This document shows positions 1 through 9,833 of a DNA stretch of 64,000 nt, piece by piece. The stretch comes from a virus (taxonomy: Duplodnaviria > Caudoviricetes). Location: positions 377,905 to 441,904 of the IMG/VR virus record IMGVR_UViG_3300029288_005873, one strand, 5' to 3'. The notes under the pieces are model-generated. The model was not told the DNA's origin, ran no database searches, and worked only from the letters and a program-made list of their open reading frames with translations. The position numbers and the translations under genes are program-made. Every line of letters starts with the position of its first letter. Position 1 is the stretch's first letter.

Positions 1-1898
1 CCGTCAGCCTGATGCGACGGCAGAGGAATACCTGCCGACATCATAGCATTCTGTAGCTGCTGTAAATTTGGGCGTTGTTTCTTAGCTACGCCTTTGCCAC
101 GCGGAGCCGGTGCGCCTTTACTTGGAGTCTTGGCTGGAGCATTTCCTGGCACCGGCAGATCAAGCGGTCCAATAGGTGCGCCGGGGATTCCAACTGGGGG
201 AGCAGCCTCACGTACAATTTTATCGTTTTTAATAGAAGCAAAAAGGTCAGCCAATTTCGGATTACCTTTTAAGGGTCTAAGATAGCTGTTCCACAGAATT
301 TTGTTGTATTCGTTTAGTGTACCCCTTTCAGAAAGGGAAGTTGGCTCTTTTTGTTGGCGCAATTTCTTCAGCCAATCTATTGTCTCGTTCAACTTTCCCT
401 TAAGCATACGGTTTGCTTCAGTTTCCTTTACTGGATCCGGAAGTGCTTTAACAAGCCCATTTAGAAGCATATCGACAGTGCCAAGGTATCGTTTATGCGA
501 AAGCTTTAGCACATCACGAAGCTGTTTTTCGTATGCCTGCTCTTTTGGCGATGTATCGTGAAACCACTCTGGATGCTGTTGTTCAGCAATAGTCAAATTG
601 GCTTTGATTCCACGCAAATATGCCCCAATCATAAGCATAGTCCCAGAAGGAGCACCAGCCCGAAGCGACTGCTCAATCTCTGGAAATTCCTTATCCAATG
701 CTGCCGTAACTTTAGCTTCAGTCTTTGTACTATTATCGCGCTGAGCATTATACAGATCGCGCTGATAGTTTTTCAGCTTTGCTATTGTTTCAGCTTTGTT
801 GCGAACATATTCTGGCTCGTGTTGAGCCCAATCATTTATTTTTTCACGTAACGCATCTATGAGGGCGACTATCCCCCATAGTGCTACTTTAACGACGAAA
901 GGGCGGGGGGAGCCCTCCCTCAACTCGTCGAGTGTCTTATCGACAAGCAGGGCGGCCTCCGTCTTACCCTCGGCATCCAGCCTGTTGGCCAAAGCTACAA
1001 GCTGCTGTGCCACAAAAACAGCTTGTTTGCCTGTAGGTTTTGTCTCCACCACCTTTATGTCTCTTTTCTGCTGCTCGACCACAGTCTCTACTTTACCGCC
1101 CTCTTCTTTAGCGGGAGCCATAGTTGGTCCGCCGCCAGGATGAGCCTCACCAATAAGCTGTTCTCCAGTTTCACCAGTAATATCATATAGCTTATCAATA
1201 GCCTCTTTATAGATCCTAAGCTGCTCGTCTACTGCCTCTGCAATTTTTGTCTCGCCCATGTCGTCGAGGTCGTTGGCAAGCGACACAAGTTCGGTAACTA
1301 TAGCCGAGGCTTTGGGCGCAAGTTCTTTTATTGTAGGGTACTGCCATGGCTGTGTCATGTGAGGCTCCTTGATCAGTTCCAATGGCGCAGAGGGTTCCTT
1401 TGGAATTTCCTCCTTAACTGCTGCTGGGGCAGGTATGCGCCTTTTCTGAGCAATGTCTGTGAGAAACGACAATATATTCATGAGTGTGTTAACATTTGGA
1501 CGTACACTCGTAAGTCGTGAGACAAGGTCTGTCAAATTTTGTTGCCCTAAAACAAGAGCTATTTCGGAAAGAGTTGTAAGTGTCTTGGGTCCCCATTTTC
1601 CATCCACACCATTAGGAGCGGATTTTGTAGCCAACGCAGCTCTGAATCGTGGAGCTATACTGGACATGATCCCTTGGATCTGCTTAACAAGACCCTCGAC
1701 ATATTCACCAGATTGCTCGGAGACTCTCTCTTCAGAATTTGATTGATCCTGATTATTAATCATATGCTCAGGTATATGCTCTGGCTCTGGAGCAAATGTT
1801 GGCTCTTGGGCGGAATGCTTTACCATCCATCCTTTTTCGGCAGCTATGGCCTCAAACTCGCGCATAACTGCACTCTCGCCTTGTCTCATGTGACGCAT
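1..1898 (-). CDS. Putative virion/head-associated protein (partial, runs off the window's left end); two LxxLAxxLDxxG motifs and a peptidoglycan-binding-like motif
   Basis: Not in the ORF track. Translated by hand from ATG at 1898 (MRHMRQGESAVMREFEAIAAEKGW...) with no stop down to at least ~540. Contains GVDGKWGPKT, LVSLANDLDDMGETKIAEAVDEQL and LVALANRLDAEGKTEAALLVDKTL. Confidence 0.75.
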   Translation of the reverse strand, partial: MRHMRQGESAVMREFEAIAAEKGWMVKHSAQEPTFAPEPEHIPEHMINNQDQSNSEERVSEQSGEYVEGLVKQIQGIMSSIAPRFRAALATKSAPNGVDGKWGPKTLTTLSEIALVLGQQNLTDLVSRLTSVRPNVNTLMNILSFLTDIAQKRRIPAPAAVKEEIPKEPSAPLELIKEPHMTQPWQYPTIKELAPKASAIVTELVSLANDLDDMGETKIAEAVDEQLRIYKEAIDKLYDITGETGEQLIGEAHPGGGPTMAPAKEEGGKVETVVEQQKRDIKVVETKPTGKQAVFVAQQLVALANRLDAEGKTEAALLVDKTLDELREGSPRPFVVKVALWGIVALIDALREKINDWAQHEPEYVRNKAETIAKLKNYQRDLYNAQRDNSTKTEAKVTAALDKEFPEIEQSLRAGAPSGTMLMIGAYLRGIKANLTIAEQQHPEWFHDTSPKEQAYEKQLRDVLKLSHKRYLGTVDMLLNGLVKALPDPVKETEANRMLKGKLNETIDWLKKLRQQKEPTSLSERGTLNEYNKILWNSYLRPLKGNPKLADLFASIKNDKIVREAAPPVGIPGAPIGPLDLPVPGNAPAKTPSKGAPAPRGKGVAKKQRPNLQQLQNAMMSAGIPLPSHQAD

Positions 1899-1899
1899 C

Positions 1900-2232
1900 T
1901 TATTTTCCTCCGGCGATATCTTTGATGGCGCAAAGCGCCCTTTCTATACGATAAGCGATTTTCGTACGCCTAGCTTCAGCGATATCTTGCGCCATCTTTT
2001 CAATAGCTTCAACCAGCGCCACGTCTGCAGCAAAAGCCTTTGGCTCTACGTTATCCAATTCTGGAGCCTTTGGCTCCTCAATATCTTCATCTTCCCAGGT
2101 CTCTTCCTGGATAGGTTGGAAAGCCTCAGCAGGCGTACCTGTAAGCAAGTTAGTCTCTTTGGCTATTTTTTCAAGCTCAGACATTACTTCGCTTGCCTGC
2201 CATGCACGCTTGTCCTCTGGTACAAAAGCCAT
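1900..2232 (-). CDS. Hypothetical protein (head region)
   Basis: Start refined to MAFVPEDK after AGGAGG. N-terminal SEVMSELEKIA resembles SAVMREFEAIA of the downstream gene. Confidence 0.7.
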   Translation of the reverse strand: MAFVPEDKRAWQASEVMSELEKIAKETNLLTGTPAEAFQPIQEETWEDEDIEEPKAPELDNVEPKAFAADVALVEAIEKMAQDIAEARRTKIAYRIERALCAIKDIAGGK

Positions 2233-2257
2233 CGAAATCCTCCTAGAATAATAACAT

Positions 2258-2953
2258 TTACAACCAAAGAAACTCAAGAGTACCAATAAGTGCAGAAGGT
2301 GGGGCTGTAACAAGTCCTATAGCAGGGTGGTTTGGTGTAGCCTGCTTTGTAGTCAACTTGCCCTCCTCGTTCACAAAAAGAGCCGCATTGAGCGGATATT
2401 TCTGCGTTGAGTCATACTGGTCGGTAGCATATATGCCGCGAGTAATCCATATTGTTATTCTGTTGCTCCCGACAGTTGTGTCCTCGCCAGGTAGATTTGG
2501 AACCCTATATACGTAACTTACAACAGTTTTGATACTATCAGGTCTTCCGTCTCCATCTGAATCGTAGTTGAGTACACTTCCAGCTGGAGCCATAAGTACA
2601 CCATTAACAGGATTCAAAACAAGATTTTCATAGTCAGCGACAAAGCTTGATGCAACCACATCGGCAAAGCGTAATTCCTGTTTAACATCAGTCGTACTTA
2701 CCCAACGTCCATAGGCATCAAGAATTCCTGTAGCTGGAATGACCACAATTTCATCAGGCGATGGTTTTGTAAACGCCGTAGTTCTAGCGTCATCTATAAT
2801 ACCAAAAGGTGTTGTCCCATCAGAAAGTCCAGCAACAATATCCTGACCAAACAGCGTGAGCTGAGCAATACAGCCAGGCTCGAACACCGATGAGGAGTCG
2901 ACTGGATAAGACACTGGCAGCGCATTGCCTATCTGTATCAGCTGCAGAACCAT
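2258..2953 (-). CDS. Putative capsid-associated (decoration/cement-like) protein
   Basis: 231-aa beta-rich ORF near the scaffold gene (GIIDD...GIYATDQYD...EGKLTT...GLVTAPP). Function is inferred from context only. Confidence 0.4.
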   Translation of the reverse strand: MVLQLIQIGNALPVSYPVDSSSVFEPGCIAQLTLFGQDIVAGLSDGTTPFGIIDDARTTAFTKPSPDEIVVIPATGILDAYGRWVSTTDVKQELRFADVVASSFVADYENLVLNPVNGVLMAPAGSVLNYDSDGDGRPDSIKTVVSYVYRVPNLPGEDTTVGSNRITIWITRGIYATDQYDSTQKYPLNAALFVNEEGKLTTKQATPNHPAIGLVTAPPSALIGTLEFLWL

Positions 2954-2962
2954 GTTTGTTCC

Positions 2963-3748
2963 TTACTTGCTTTTTGAGGTTAGCGGTCCACTTTTTCCAG
3001 GACCATGTTCAGGACCCGGCTCATCCAGATATTTCTTGTCGACTTTATCCAAAGCTGTACGGATGGCATATTCTTCAGCCTTGTCACCCTTAAGACCCTT
3101 GTCCTTCTTAGCGGTCTCTAAAGCACTTTTGTAGGTCTTAGAGAACTTTTCCCCTTCTTTCTTACTCTTTTTGTTGAGGAAAGATACCCACTCAGAATGG
3201 CTACGACCCTTCTTGGCCTTCTTCTTCGCTTCGGCAACAATTGGACGCTGACCAGAAAGTTTCTGAAGTGCCTCGTCGAGTACCTGCGCAACCTTCGTAA
3301 AACCAACCCTGTCAAGAGCATCAGCCAGCTTTACTACATGTCCGATGGCAAAATCTATAGCAATCGCCAAACCAGCATCTGCGCACTGCGGGCATCCGTC
3401 CTCAGCCTCAACATGTTCTGGGCATCCATCTTCAGCTTTCTGGGGCACAGACTCAAGAGCTGCTTGTTTGTCCTCAGAATATTCAATCATCGGCGTGAAA
3501 TCATTGTGCTCTTTGCCGAGCGCAGTTGCGCCTTCAGAACCCGCAGCCAGCCATTTGTTGTGAATAGCTGCCGCCTCTGGCTGAGTTTTTGCAGCATCCA
3601 TTTCCGCCTTAAAAGCCTGCGACGCAGGTCCTTTTGTCCACCATGCGTCTTCTGCCTTTTTGTATAGTCCAACAAAATCCTCGTCTTTAAGCTTGGCATT
3701 AAAGGCTGAAGCAATCTCGTCTGAGCAATAATGCTTGAGTGTGGTCAT
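2963..3748 (-). CDS. Hypothetical head protein with LxxLAxxLDxxG motif
   Basis: Start refined to MTTLKHY. Contains VVKLADALDRVGFTKVAQVLDEAL and a Lys-rich C-terminus. Confidence 0.7.
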   Translation of the reverse strand: MTTLKHYCSDEIASAFNAKLKDEDFVGLYKKAEDAWWTKGPASQAFKAEMDAAKTQPEAAAIHNKWLAAGSEGATALGKEHNDFTPMIEYSEDKQAALESVPQKAEDGCPEHVEAEDGCPQCADAGLAIAIDFAIGHVVKLADALDRVGFTKVAQVLDEALQKLSGQRPIVAEAKKKAKKGRSHSEWVSFLNKKSKKEGEKFSKTYKSALETAKKDKGLKGDKAEEYAIRTALDKVDKKYLDEPGPEHGPGKSGPLTSKSK

Positions 3749-3773
3749 CTCACCAGTCCTCCATTGGGTTTCT

Positions 3774-4235
3774 TTACATTGACGGCTTGAAAGTCGGGCA
3801 TTTTGCCAGACAGTCAAGCCGAGCCCTCATGAAGGAATCCTCAGCCTCCAGAAAGGGCGCAAAACGCTTATACACGCCATTTACCGCCTGGCAATCCCCA
3901 GGCTCAATTCCTTTGAGAGCTTCAGTAAAATCGTCATACGCAGACGCCGATTTTACTATAGTAAACAGAGCTGGAAGATTGCCAAGTTGCCTAATAGCAC
4001 TATCCAGCATGTCGGCAACCGCTGTAAATCCAGCCGAATCCATATTGTCCGACAACTTGACCAAATATTCGCCTACTTGGCTCAAAGCTTGCCCGATTTT
4101 AGTATTTGCTTGTTTGGCAGCAAATTCAAAAGCCAAGGCTAACCTATCTTCTTGTACCTTATCGGTAGAACTAGGGAAGCCTAGCCTTTCAGCCATCGCA
4201 GCAGTGATCTCGTCAGAAACACATGATTGGCTCAT
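3774..4235 (-). CDS. Hypothetical head protein with LxxLAxxLDxxG motif
   Basis: Start refined to MSQSCVSDEI (GAGG RBS, ATGA overlap). Contains LVKLSDNMDSAGFTAVADMLDSAI. Confidence 0.7.
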   Translation of the reverse strand: MSQSCVSDEITAAMAERLGFPSSTDKVQEDRLALAFEFAAKQANTKIGQALSQVGEYLVKLSDNMDSAGFTAVADMLDSAIRQLGNLPALFTIVKSASAYDDFTEALKGIEPGDCQAVNGVYKRFAPFLEAEDSFMRARLDCLAKCPTFKPSM

Positions 4236-4411
4236 TTTTTCCTCGGCGGTTGACGTACCATATGCCTTACGCGCAACATGTGGACACGTCGTGGCTTCAA
4301 TCCGCACATCTCATAGATGACTTCAAGTTCTTCGTCCGTGACCCCTAATTCCGTAAGACACGCAAACTCAGCCTCAAGCTCCTGACGGAGCGTCTTTACA
4401 ATATCTGGCAT
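4232..4411 (-). CDS. Small hypothetical protein
   Basis: MPDIVKTLRQELEAEF...; its stop overlaps the next ATG. Confidence 0.4.
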   Translation of the reverse strand: MPDIVKTLRQELEAEFACLTELGVTDEELEVIYEMCGLKPRRVHMLRVRHMVRQPPRKK

Positions 4412-4427
4412 GATCGAATCCATAAGG

Positions 4428-4461
4428 AAAAAGGCGCCCCAGGGATAAACCTGGGGCGCCT
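4428..4461 (-). terminator. Rho-independent terminator after protease/scaffold gene
   Basis: Perfect 12-bp stem AGGCGCCCCAGG/CCTGGGGCGCCT with a 6-nt loop, followed by a T-run on the minus strand. Confidence 0.85.
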
Positions 4462-4467
4462 CGAACA

Positions 4468-7400
4468 CTACTTCCTTCTAGGTACCCAAAGGCGGTTAAG
4501 CTGATCGGGAAGATCTACCCTCTCTGGCTCTTCCTCTCTAATGCCAACCTGTACCGCTGATTCGGACTTAGAAGCGGTCTTTACCGTACCAGTCGTACGG
4601 GACAGTGCGCGTTTGAAAGCCTCAAAAGAAGGCTCGTCAAACTTCATGATGTCATCGACCTGCTTGTTCATGACGTCACGTCCCCTGCTAATAAGACCCT
4701 TCTCCTGCATGTCAAGTGCCAGGTCAACGGCGCGACGAAGCTTCAGTCTATAAGACTCTGCTTCAGCAGCTGCCTTCTTCTGGGCAAATTCCTTAGTCAG
4801 GTCCTGACCAAACTGCTTGCTCGCCGGATCGCCCTCGCCGAAATACTGTTTCCAATACTTCGCAGCTTCTGGGTCAACAGCTAGCGCCTTCAGCTTAGCA
4901 TCATCAGACAGGTCGGCTACCGAAAGCTTACCAGACTTGAGCAAATCACCTAGCTTAGCAGCAGCTTCGCGAACCTTCGGCAAGGTCTCGACCTGCCTCA
5001 TAATTTTTGCTTTAATCTCGTCGATTCCCTCGACATGCGCACCCTCGTCGGAGGGCTTGGTGTCAAGATTTCCAAGAGTCGTGCCGCGCTGCGGATGCGC
5101 CTTGGGAACCATATCGGTATCCATATCAGTCGCTGGCTCCAGCTTCAGCTGATACTTGGAACCGATTTCGGCTGCGATCTTCTCGCGCCTTGCGCGCCTG
5201 CTGGCAACATCGGAAATCTTGGGTTCAGCAACTGGTTCCTCAGCAGGCTTTTCCTCATCTAGCTGACCGAGCAGTTCTGCCACCAAACGCTCCTCGTCGT
5301 CGCCCGCATCGGCATACTGTACACCGTCATCGCCGTCATTGAGTTCCTTCATGTCGATATCCTCAAGCTCTTCAACCAGACCCTCAATTTCCTCGTGGAT
5401 CTCGTGCTCCTTCTCCTCCATATCTTTCTCTTTCTCATCAATCGCAAGGCGAACAAGTTCGCGCCTCTTTGCAGCACGAGCCTTCAGCATCTTCTCCAGG
5501 ACTAGTTCGGCTTCGGACTTCTTCTCTTTCTTGTCCTTCTTGTCCTCTTTGCCGTCACCCTCATCTTCATCCTCTTTATCTTCTTTATCTTCCTTCTCTT
5601 TCTTACCCTTCTTATCTTTCTTGTCGCCCTTCTTATCCTCTTTATCTTCCTTCTCATCTTCCTTCTTATCCTTCTTCTCTTTCTTGTCCTTCTTTCCTTC
5701 CTTCTCCTCAAGAGCCTTCTTTAGCCCTTCTGGCATACCTTTCTTAGCTTCAATGACCAAAGCCGCTTCGCGACGAATCTCAGCATTTGCCTCAAGCGAT
5801 TCAGCAGCTAGCTTCAGCAGCTCATCCATCTCAGCCCCAGAAACTAGCCCAGCTTCAATCCTCTTTCCGAGCACCTCAGAAAGGATAGCAAGCTCGTCAC
5901 CACTGTCATCAAGTTCGGCACAAATGACAGAAGCGGTCTTGGTCTCGCCATCACCAACCTCGATTGGGGGAAGTTCTTCCTTTCCACCCTCACCAGTCTT
6001 GCCCTCTTCCTTGAGGATCTCCTTCAGATCGCCGAAGGCCTTTTCAGTCTCAGCAAGAGCTTCCTCGACCCTATTTGTGGTCGCCTCTGCTCCAGGCTTC
6101 TCCTCATCCTTTGGCGGTTCAATCGGAGGCATAGGTCCAGCAGGTGGAACCGGAGGCTCTGCTGCCGTAACCGTTTTACCAGTGAGGATATATGTCGTCT
6201 TTTCGAGACCATTGTTCCTGATCTCTGCCATAATACGCTTACCATAGTCCTCAGACTTCAGGTGATTCCAATAGTCCTCACGAGCAAGGTCCTCGCCATA
6301 GATTTCATCCCCAGTGGCGCTAAGAACGAGCTTATCACCAGCGTATACATCCCAATGGGCTTTCTGTCTATCGGGGGATCCAGACTTGGTACGCGGGAAT
6401 TTGAACTCGGCGCGAAGCAGCTTCTGCTTCAGGGCAAGGTCATTACCAGCAAGACCGTCGTTTCCTGGCTCCATTCCCTCGCCTACCATCTGCTTATCCT
6501 GTGTATCACGGATCTTATCCGAGTCCTCTTTCGGATAGGTTTGCGGCTCATTTACACCACCGCCTCCCTGGAAATATGCCATCGACTCGAGACCCTCGTC
6601 TTCGACAGCCTGGACAACAGGCTTACCATCTGGTCCCTTGGTTACAGAAACCTTGGTACCATCCTTCAATGTAAAGGTCTCAGCCTCGCCCTTGACAAGC
6701 AACGCATGTCGGCGAAGTCGGCGCTCCTCTAGCTGAGCACGAGACAGCTTCTGCTTGATGGCGAGGTCGTTACCAGCAAGACCATCGCTACCAGGCTCCA
6801 TTCCCTCGCCTACCATCTGCTTATCCTGTGTATCACGGATCTTATCCGAGTCCTCTTTCGGATACACCTGCGGGTCGTTCACTCCGCCTCCACCCTGGTG
6901 GTAAGCGTTCTTCTCGAATGCCGCGCGACGGGCGCGAGCCCTTTCCTTCAGATCGGACATGTTCTTTTCCTCCTTCTGTGGTGTCCTGTTTGCTGCCGCC
7001 TGGATGCTCAGGAGAGCGCCATGCATGTCGTCAAGTCTGCTCGACACTGCCGCAATCTGCGCCTCCAGGCTTCCGCTGGCAAGACGGGTCTCTCGCCCGT
7101 CAAGGGACCATGGGGGAGGTCCGCTGGACTCCGGATCCTCCGTATATGTCTGTCCACGACCCCCCGTCATATTCTTATTTCCTGCAAGCCCGTAGGGCGG
7201 CTCTACTTCTCCGCCTTCAGGGTTGTCCTCAACATGTTCAACTTCTTTTCCTTCAACATTTGATCCATCTTCAGCCGCTGGCGTTTCAAGCTTGGTTAGT
7301 TCTTCAGGCGTCATATTTCCGCCAAGCATTTCCTCCAATCTCTTGTTAGCCTTATTCTTTACGTCGGCAGATACATTCGGCGCATTTAGCAGGTCAATCA

Positions 7401-8337
7401 GCGAACGAAAATTCGCACCTTGTCTTGGGTCCATGGCTGCCATGGCGTGAATCTTAGACACTGCGCCAACCTGATTACGTATAGCATCAATTTCGGCACG
7501 CAAACTATCAAGCTCTGCTGGAGTAACACAACCCGCCCGCTGAAGCTCTTCGATCCTTGCTTGCTTCTGCTGCGCATAACTGTTTAGACTGGCAATTATG
7601 TGGCGAAGCTTGGCGCGCGGATCTGCTCCAGTAACAACTAAACTCAATTCAATCGGAGATAGTTCGATATTTATCTCTCCATATGTTCGTCTACTACGCA
7701 CACACGGACAGTATTCAGACTCTACTTTAGCAACATTTCCGCACTCAAAACAGATGGATTTGCCAACTGCCGTACCCATACTGACATTTGTCGCATAACC
7801 ACTTTCAACTTTGCGCGCCAAATCAGGATAGTTTTTCTTATCCAAGGCACATAGTGCAATTACTCTTTTACGTTTATTATCATAATACGTATCGAGGATA
7901 AGACCACGCACACCATCAACTGTGCTGCTTTGATGATCTTGGCACAAAGGTTTGCCAACCCAGAGACGATAGGCTTTCTTCAATTCAGATTCAGCGAAAA
8001 TGTCCCCGTTGTTATTTTTCGCTGGTTTTATATTTGAATCAGAACATTTCCATTTCCAAGAACCAGTTTTTGGATTAATTTCCCACTCAGATGTCAAAGG
8101 TTTACCATCTTTTCCAAGAATAGGTTCTCCCGTATCCTGATTAATCAATATGGACTCTGCCGCATGCATCATCACACAACTAAAATATGTGAAATCATTA
8201 GCCTTTGGAGCAATAGCCTTTAGATCTTTGGCATATTTTGTAAACCTTTCAAGCAAAACGGCATCGGAGAGAACCTTTTCAGGCGAATGAATTTCCTCCA
8301 ATGTAAACTGCGAATCAGCATACTTCAAAAAAACCAT
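4468..8337 (-). CDS. Prohead maturation protease fused to scaffold protein
   Basis: N-terminal NNNGDIF..EL...KPLCQDH...GLILD...VSMG..C..C...ELSLV..GADP pattern typical of phage prohead proteases, then a long acidic/KEKE coiled-coil. Lies in the head module downstream of TerL and portal. Confidence 0.7.
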   Translation of the reverse strand: MVFLKYADSQFTLEEIHSPEKVLSDAVLLERFTKYAKDLKAIAPKANDFTYFSCVMMHAAESILINQDTGEPILGKDGKPLTSEWEINPKTGSWKWKCSDSNIKPAKNNNGDIFAESELKKAYRLWVGKPLCQDHQSSTVDGVRGLILDTYYDNKRKRVIALCALDKKNYPDLARKVESGYATNVSMGTAVGKSICFECGNVAKVESEYCPCVRSRRTYGEINIELSPIELSLVVTGADPRAKLRHIIASLNSYAQQKQARIEELQRAGCVTPAELDSLRAEIDAIRNQVGAVSKIHAMAAMDPRQGANFRSLIDLLNAPNVSADVKNKANKRLEEMLGGNMTPEELTKLETPAAEDGSNVEGKEVEHVEDNPEGGEVEPPYGLAGNKNMTGGRGQTYTEDPESSGPPPWSLDGRETRLASGSLEAQIAAVSSRLDDMHGALLSIQAAANRTPQKEEKNMSDLKERARARRAAFEKNAYHQGGGGVNDPQVYPKEDSDKIRDTQDKQMVGEGMEPGSDGLAGNDLAIKQKLSRAQLEERRLRRHALLVKGEAETFTLKDGTKVSVTKGPDGKPVVQAVEDEGLESMAYFQGGGGVNEPQTYPKEDSDKIRDTQDKQMVGEGMEPGNDGLAGNDLALKQKLLRAEFKFPRTKSGSPDRQKAHWDVYAGDKLVLSATGDEIYGEDLAREDYWNHLKSEDYGKRIMAEIRNNGLEKTTYILTGKTVTAAEPPVPPAGPMPPIEPPKDEEKPGAEATTNRVEEALAETEKAFGDLKEILKEEGKTGEGGKEELPPIEVGDGETKTASVICAELDDSGDELAILSEVLGKRIEAGLVSGAEMDELLKLAAESLEANAEIRREAALVIEAKKGMPEGLKKALEEKEGKKDKKEKKDKKEDEKEDKEDKKGDKKDKKGKKEKEDKEDKEDEDEGDGKEDKKDKKEKKSEAELVLEKMLKARAAKRRELVRLAIDEKEKDMEEKEHEIHEEIEGLVEELEDIDMKELNDGDDGVQYADAGDDEERLVAELLGQLDEEKPAEEPVAEPKISDVASRRARREKIAAEIGSKYQLKLEPATDMDTDMVPKAHPQRGTTLGNLDTKPSDEGAHVEGIDEIKAKIMRQVETLPKVREAAAKLGDLLKSGKLSVADLSDDAKLKALAVDPEAAKYWKQYFGEGDPASKQFGQDLTKEFAQKKAAAEAESYRLKLRRAVDLALDMQEKGLISRGRDVMNKQVDDIMKFDEPSFEAFKRALSRTTGTVKTASKSESAVQVGIREEEPERVDLPDQLNRLWVPRRK
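6409..6906 (-). repeat. Intragenic direct repeat, two 171-nt copies (6409-6579 and 6736-6906)
   Basis: AY(H/F)QGGGGVN(D/E)PQ(V/T)YPKEDSDKIRDTQDKQMVGEGMEPG(S/N)DGLAGNDLA(I/L)KQKL(S/L)RA occurs twice, with long identical nucleotide stretches. Confidence 0.95.
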
Positions 8338-8437
8338 TTGATTCCTCCAGAACTTTTGCCTTTTCGCAAATTCTCCTTGGCAGGAAGCCGTTGGTGGTTA
8401 TCAGCGCGAAAGCAATCCTTATTTAGTCACAAAATAC

Positions 8438-8599
8438 TTAATTCTTTCCTTTCTCCGTATCTGTTGGAATCTCGACCACATTCGGCAGATCTTGCTCCTC
8501 AGTATGGTCGATGATTTCTTTGACAACTTCATCCATATCAGCAAACACGTGTTCAATTGCGCAATCATCGTCGCCATCAGCATTTTTAATAAATCCCAT
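8438..8599 (-). CDS. Small acidic hypothetical protein (53 aa)
   Basis: Manually translated MGFIKNADGDDDCAIEH...TEKGKN*. Below the ORF-track cut-off; GGAGG upstream. Confidence 0.55.
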   Translation of the reverse strand: MGFIKNADGDDDCAIEHVFADMDEVVKEIIDHTEEQDLPNVVEIPTDTEKGKN

Positions 8600-8600
8600 A

Positions 8601-9200
8601 CTAGCCTCCCAGCATTGCTATGAGGCGCGCTCGGCGTCTCATACCTAGTCCTAATCCTAGGGCACTAATTTTTTGGCGTTTCAATATATTCTTTTCAAAA
8701 TGATCACGCAGTCGACCTTTGATCACGGATTCAATGCCCTGCGAAATCTGTTTAATTTTCTGAAACAGCGTCTTCAATCTTTGGATCTGATCAGGAGCAT
8801 TGAAGTCCTCGAAAGCTTCCATATATGCTTCAACAACACCAGATAACTGCTGCATAGTGTCGATAAGACCGTCGCGCATACGCCCTGTATCGGTGTCCTT
8901 CACAAATGGATTCAAAGTAGAAATCGCATTGGAGAAAACTGGAAGCAGAGTCGTAAAATGCTGCCGTACCTCATCCCTGAATCTGCGTATCAAATGACGT
9001 ATGGAGAACAACTGTTCAGGAGCGGCATCGGGCGTTTTGGACAGAATATCCATAAGTCTTTCACTATGTTGCTGGGCTGCCCATAGTCGTTGAAGGAATC
9101 CACCAAAAGCAGATAGGGCAGACTTAGCCGCTTGCTTCTCCTCTTCGGAGAAGGGTATAGACCTTGGAGTTTGCCATGCTTGGCGATAAGGAGATCCCAT
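8601..9200 (-). CDS. Hypothetical helical protein
   Basis: 199-aa ORF in the operon, preceded by the CTATCAAT motif. Confidence 0.7.
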   Translation of the reverse strand: MGSPYRQAWQTPRSIPFSEEEKQAAKSALSAFGGFLQRLWAAQQHSERLMDILSKTPDAAPEQLFSIRHLIRRFRDEVRQHFTTLLPVFSNAISTLNPFVKDTDTGRMRDGLIDTMQQLSGVVEAYMEAFEDFNAPDQIQRLKTLFQKIKQISQGIESVIKGRLRDHFEKNILKRQKISALGLGLGMRRRARLIAMLGG

Positions 9201-9209
9201 GTCATGCTA

Positions 9210-9227
9210 ATGCTGAATTATTGATAG
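9210..9227 (-). promoter_or_regulatory. Candidate phage promoter CTATCAATAATTCAGCAT
   Basis: 17/18 identical to 15939-15956. The core CTATCAAT recurs in other intergenic gaps. Confidence 0.55.
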
Positions 9228-9260
9228 ATTTTGGGGACTTGGTATAGGATTGCGGGAGGT

Positions 9261-9833
9261 TTACTGACCCAAGGTTCCGTAATTGCTAAAGAATGGTTCC
9301 AATACAAAACCTTGGTTCATATTGGAAAGAAGACCGTCTTCCTGGAGTCCAACAGCTCCAGCCATAAAGTCGCCATCTTCATTCATCTGGAGGACGCCCC
9401 CTGGGGTAAGAGGAAGAAGACGACATGCGCAGTTACCATTAGTACACACCCCAGAACCAGGAAGACCCTCTTCTCTCCATTGACGCAATGTGCGCATTCG
9501 TCCTTGACGGTCACCACATTCCTGACAGGAATTGGGAAACCTGTTACAAAACCAAAGAAAAAGGCGTTCATCTACGGGACCAGATTGTTTTCGACGAATC
9601 ATATCATCCAGGCGGTCACCAGCAGCATTATCATATTTGTTGGCTGCTCCAGAATCGTTTTTCTTTTTGGAAAAAAGTTGCTTCAGATGTTCATATTTTT
9701 TGCGCAACCAAGAAGAAAGTTTCGACCATTCCGCCGCATGTCGGATAAGACAATCGACAAAATCAGCCTCTCGTAACAGACCACGCTTGTCAAATTCATC
9801 TGCAAGACGCATAAGAGCAAATAGCTCGGTCAT
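9261..9833 (-). CDS. Head protein with LxxLAxxLDxxG motif and MuF-like Cys-rich C-terminal motif
   Basis: Start refined to MTELFALMRLADEFDKRGLLREADFVDCLI (ATGA overlap). CQEC..RQG...W...GLPG..C..NCAC.L resembles minor head (MuF/gp7) C-termini. Confidence 0.6.
   Translation of the reverse strand: MTELFALMRLADEFDKRGLLREADFVDCLIRHAAEWSKLSSWLRKKYEHLKQLFSKKKNDSGAANKYDNAAGDRLDDMIRRKQSGPVDERLFLWFCNRFPNSCQECGDRQGRMRTLRQWREEGLPGSGVCTNGNCACRLLPLTPGGVLQMNEDGDFMAGAVGLQEDGLLSNMNQGFVLEPFFSNYGTLGQ

Noticed and set aside
5520-5710. Low-complexity pyrimidine tract as a DNA repeat element
   Set aside because: It is explained by Lys/Glu/Asp-rich coding sequence in the scaffold.
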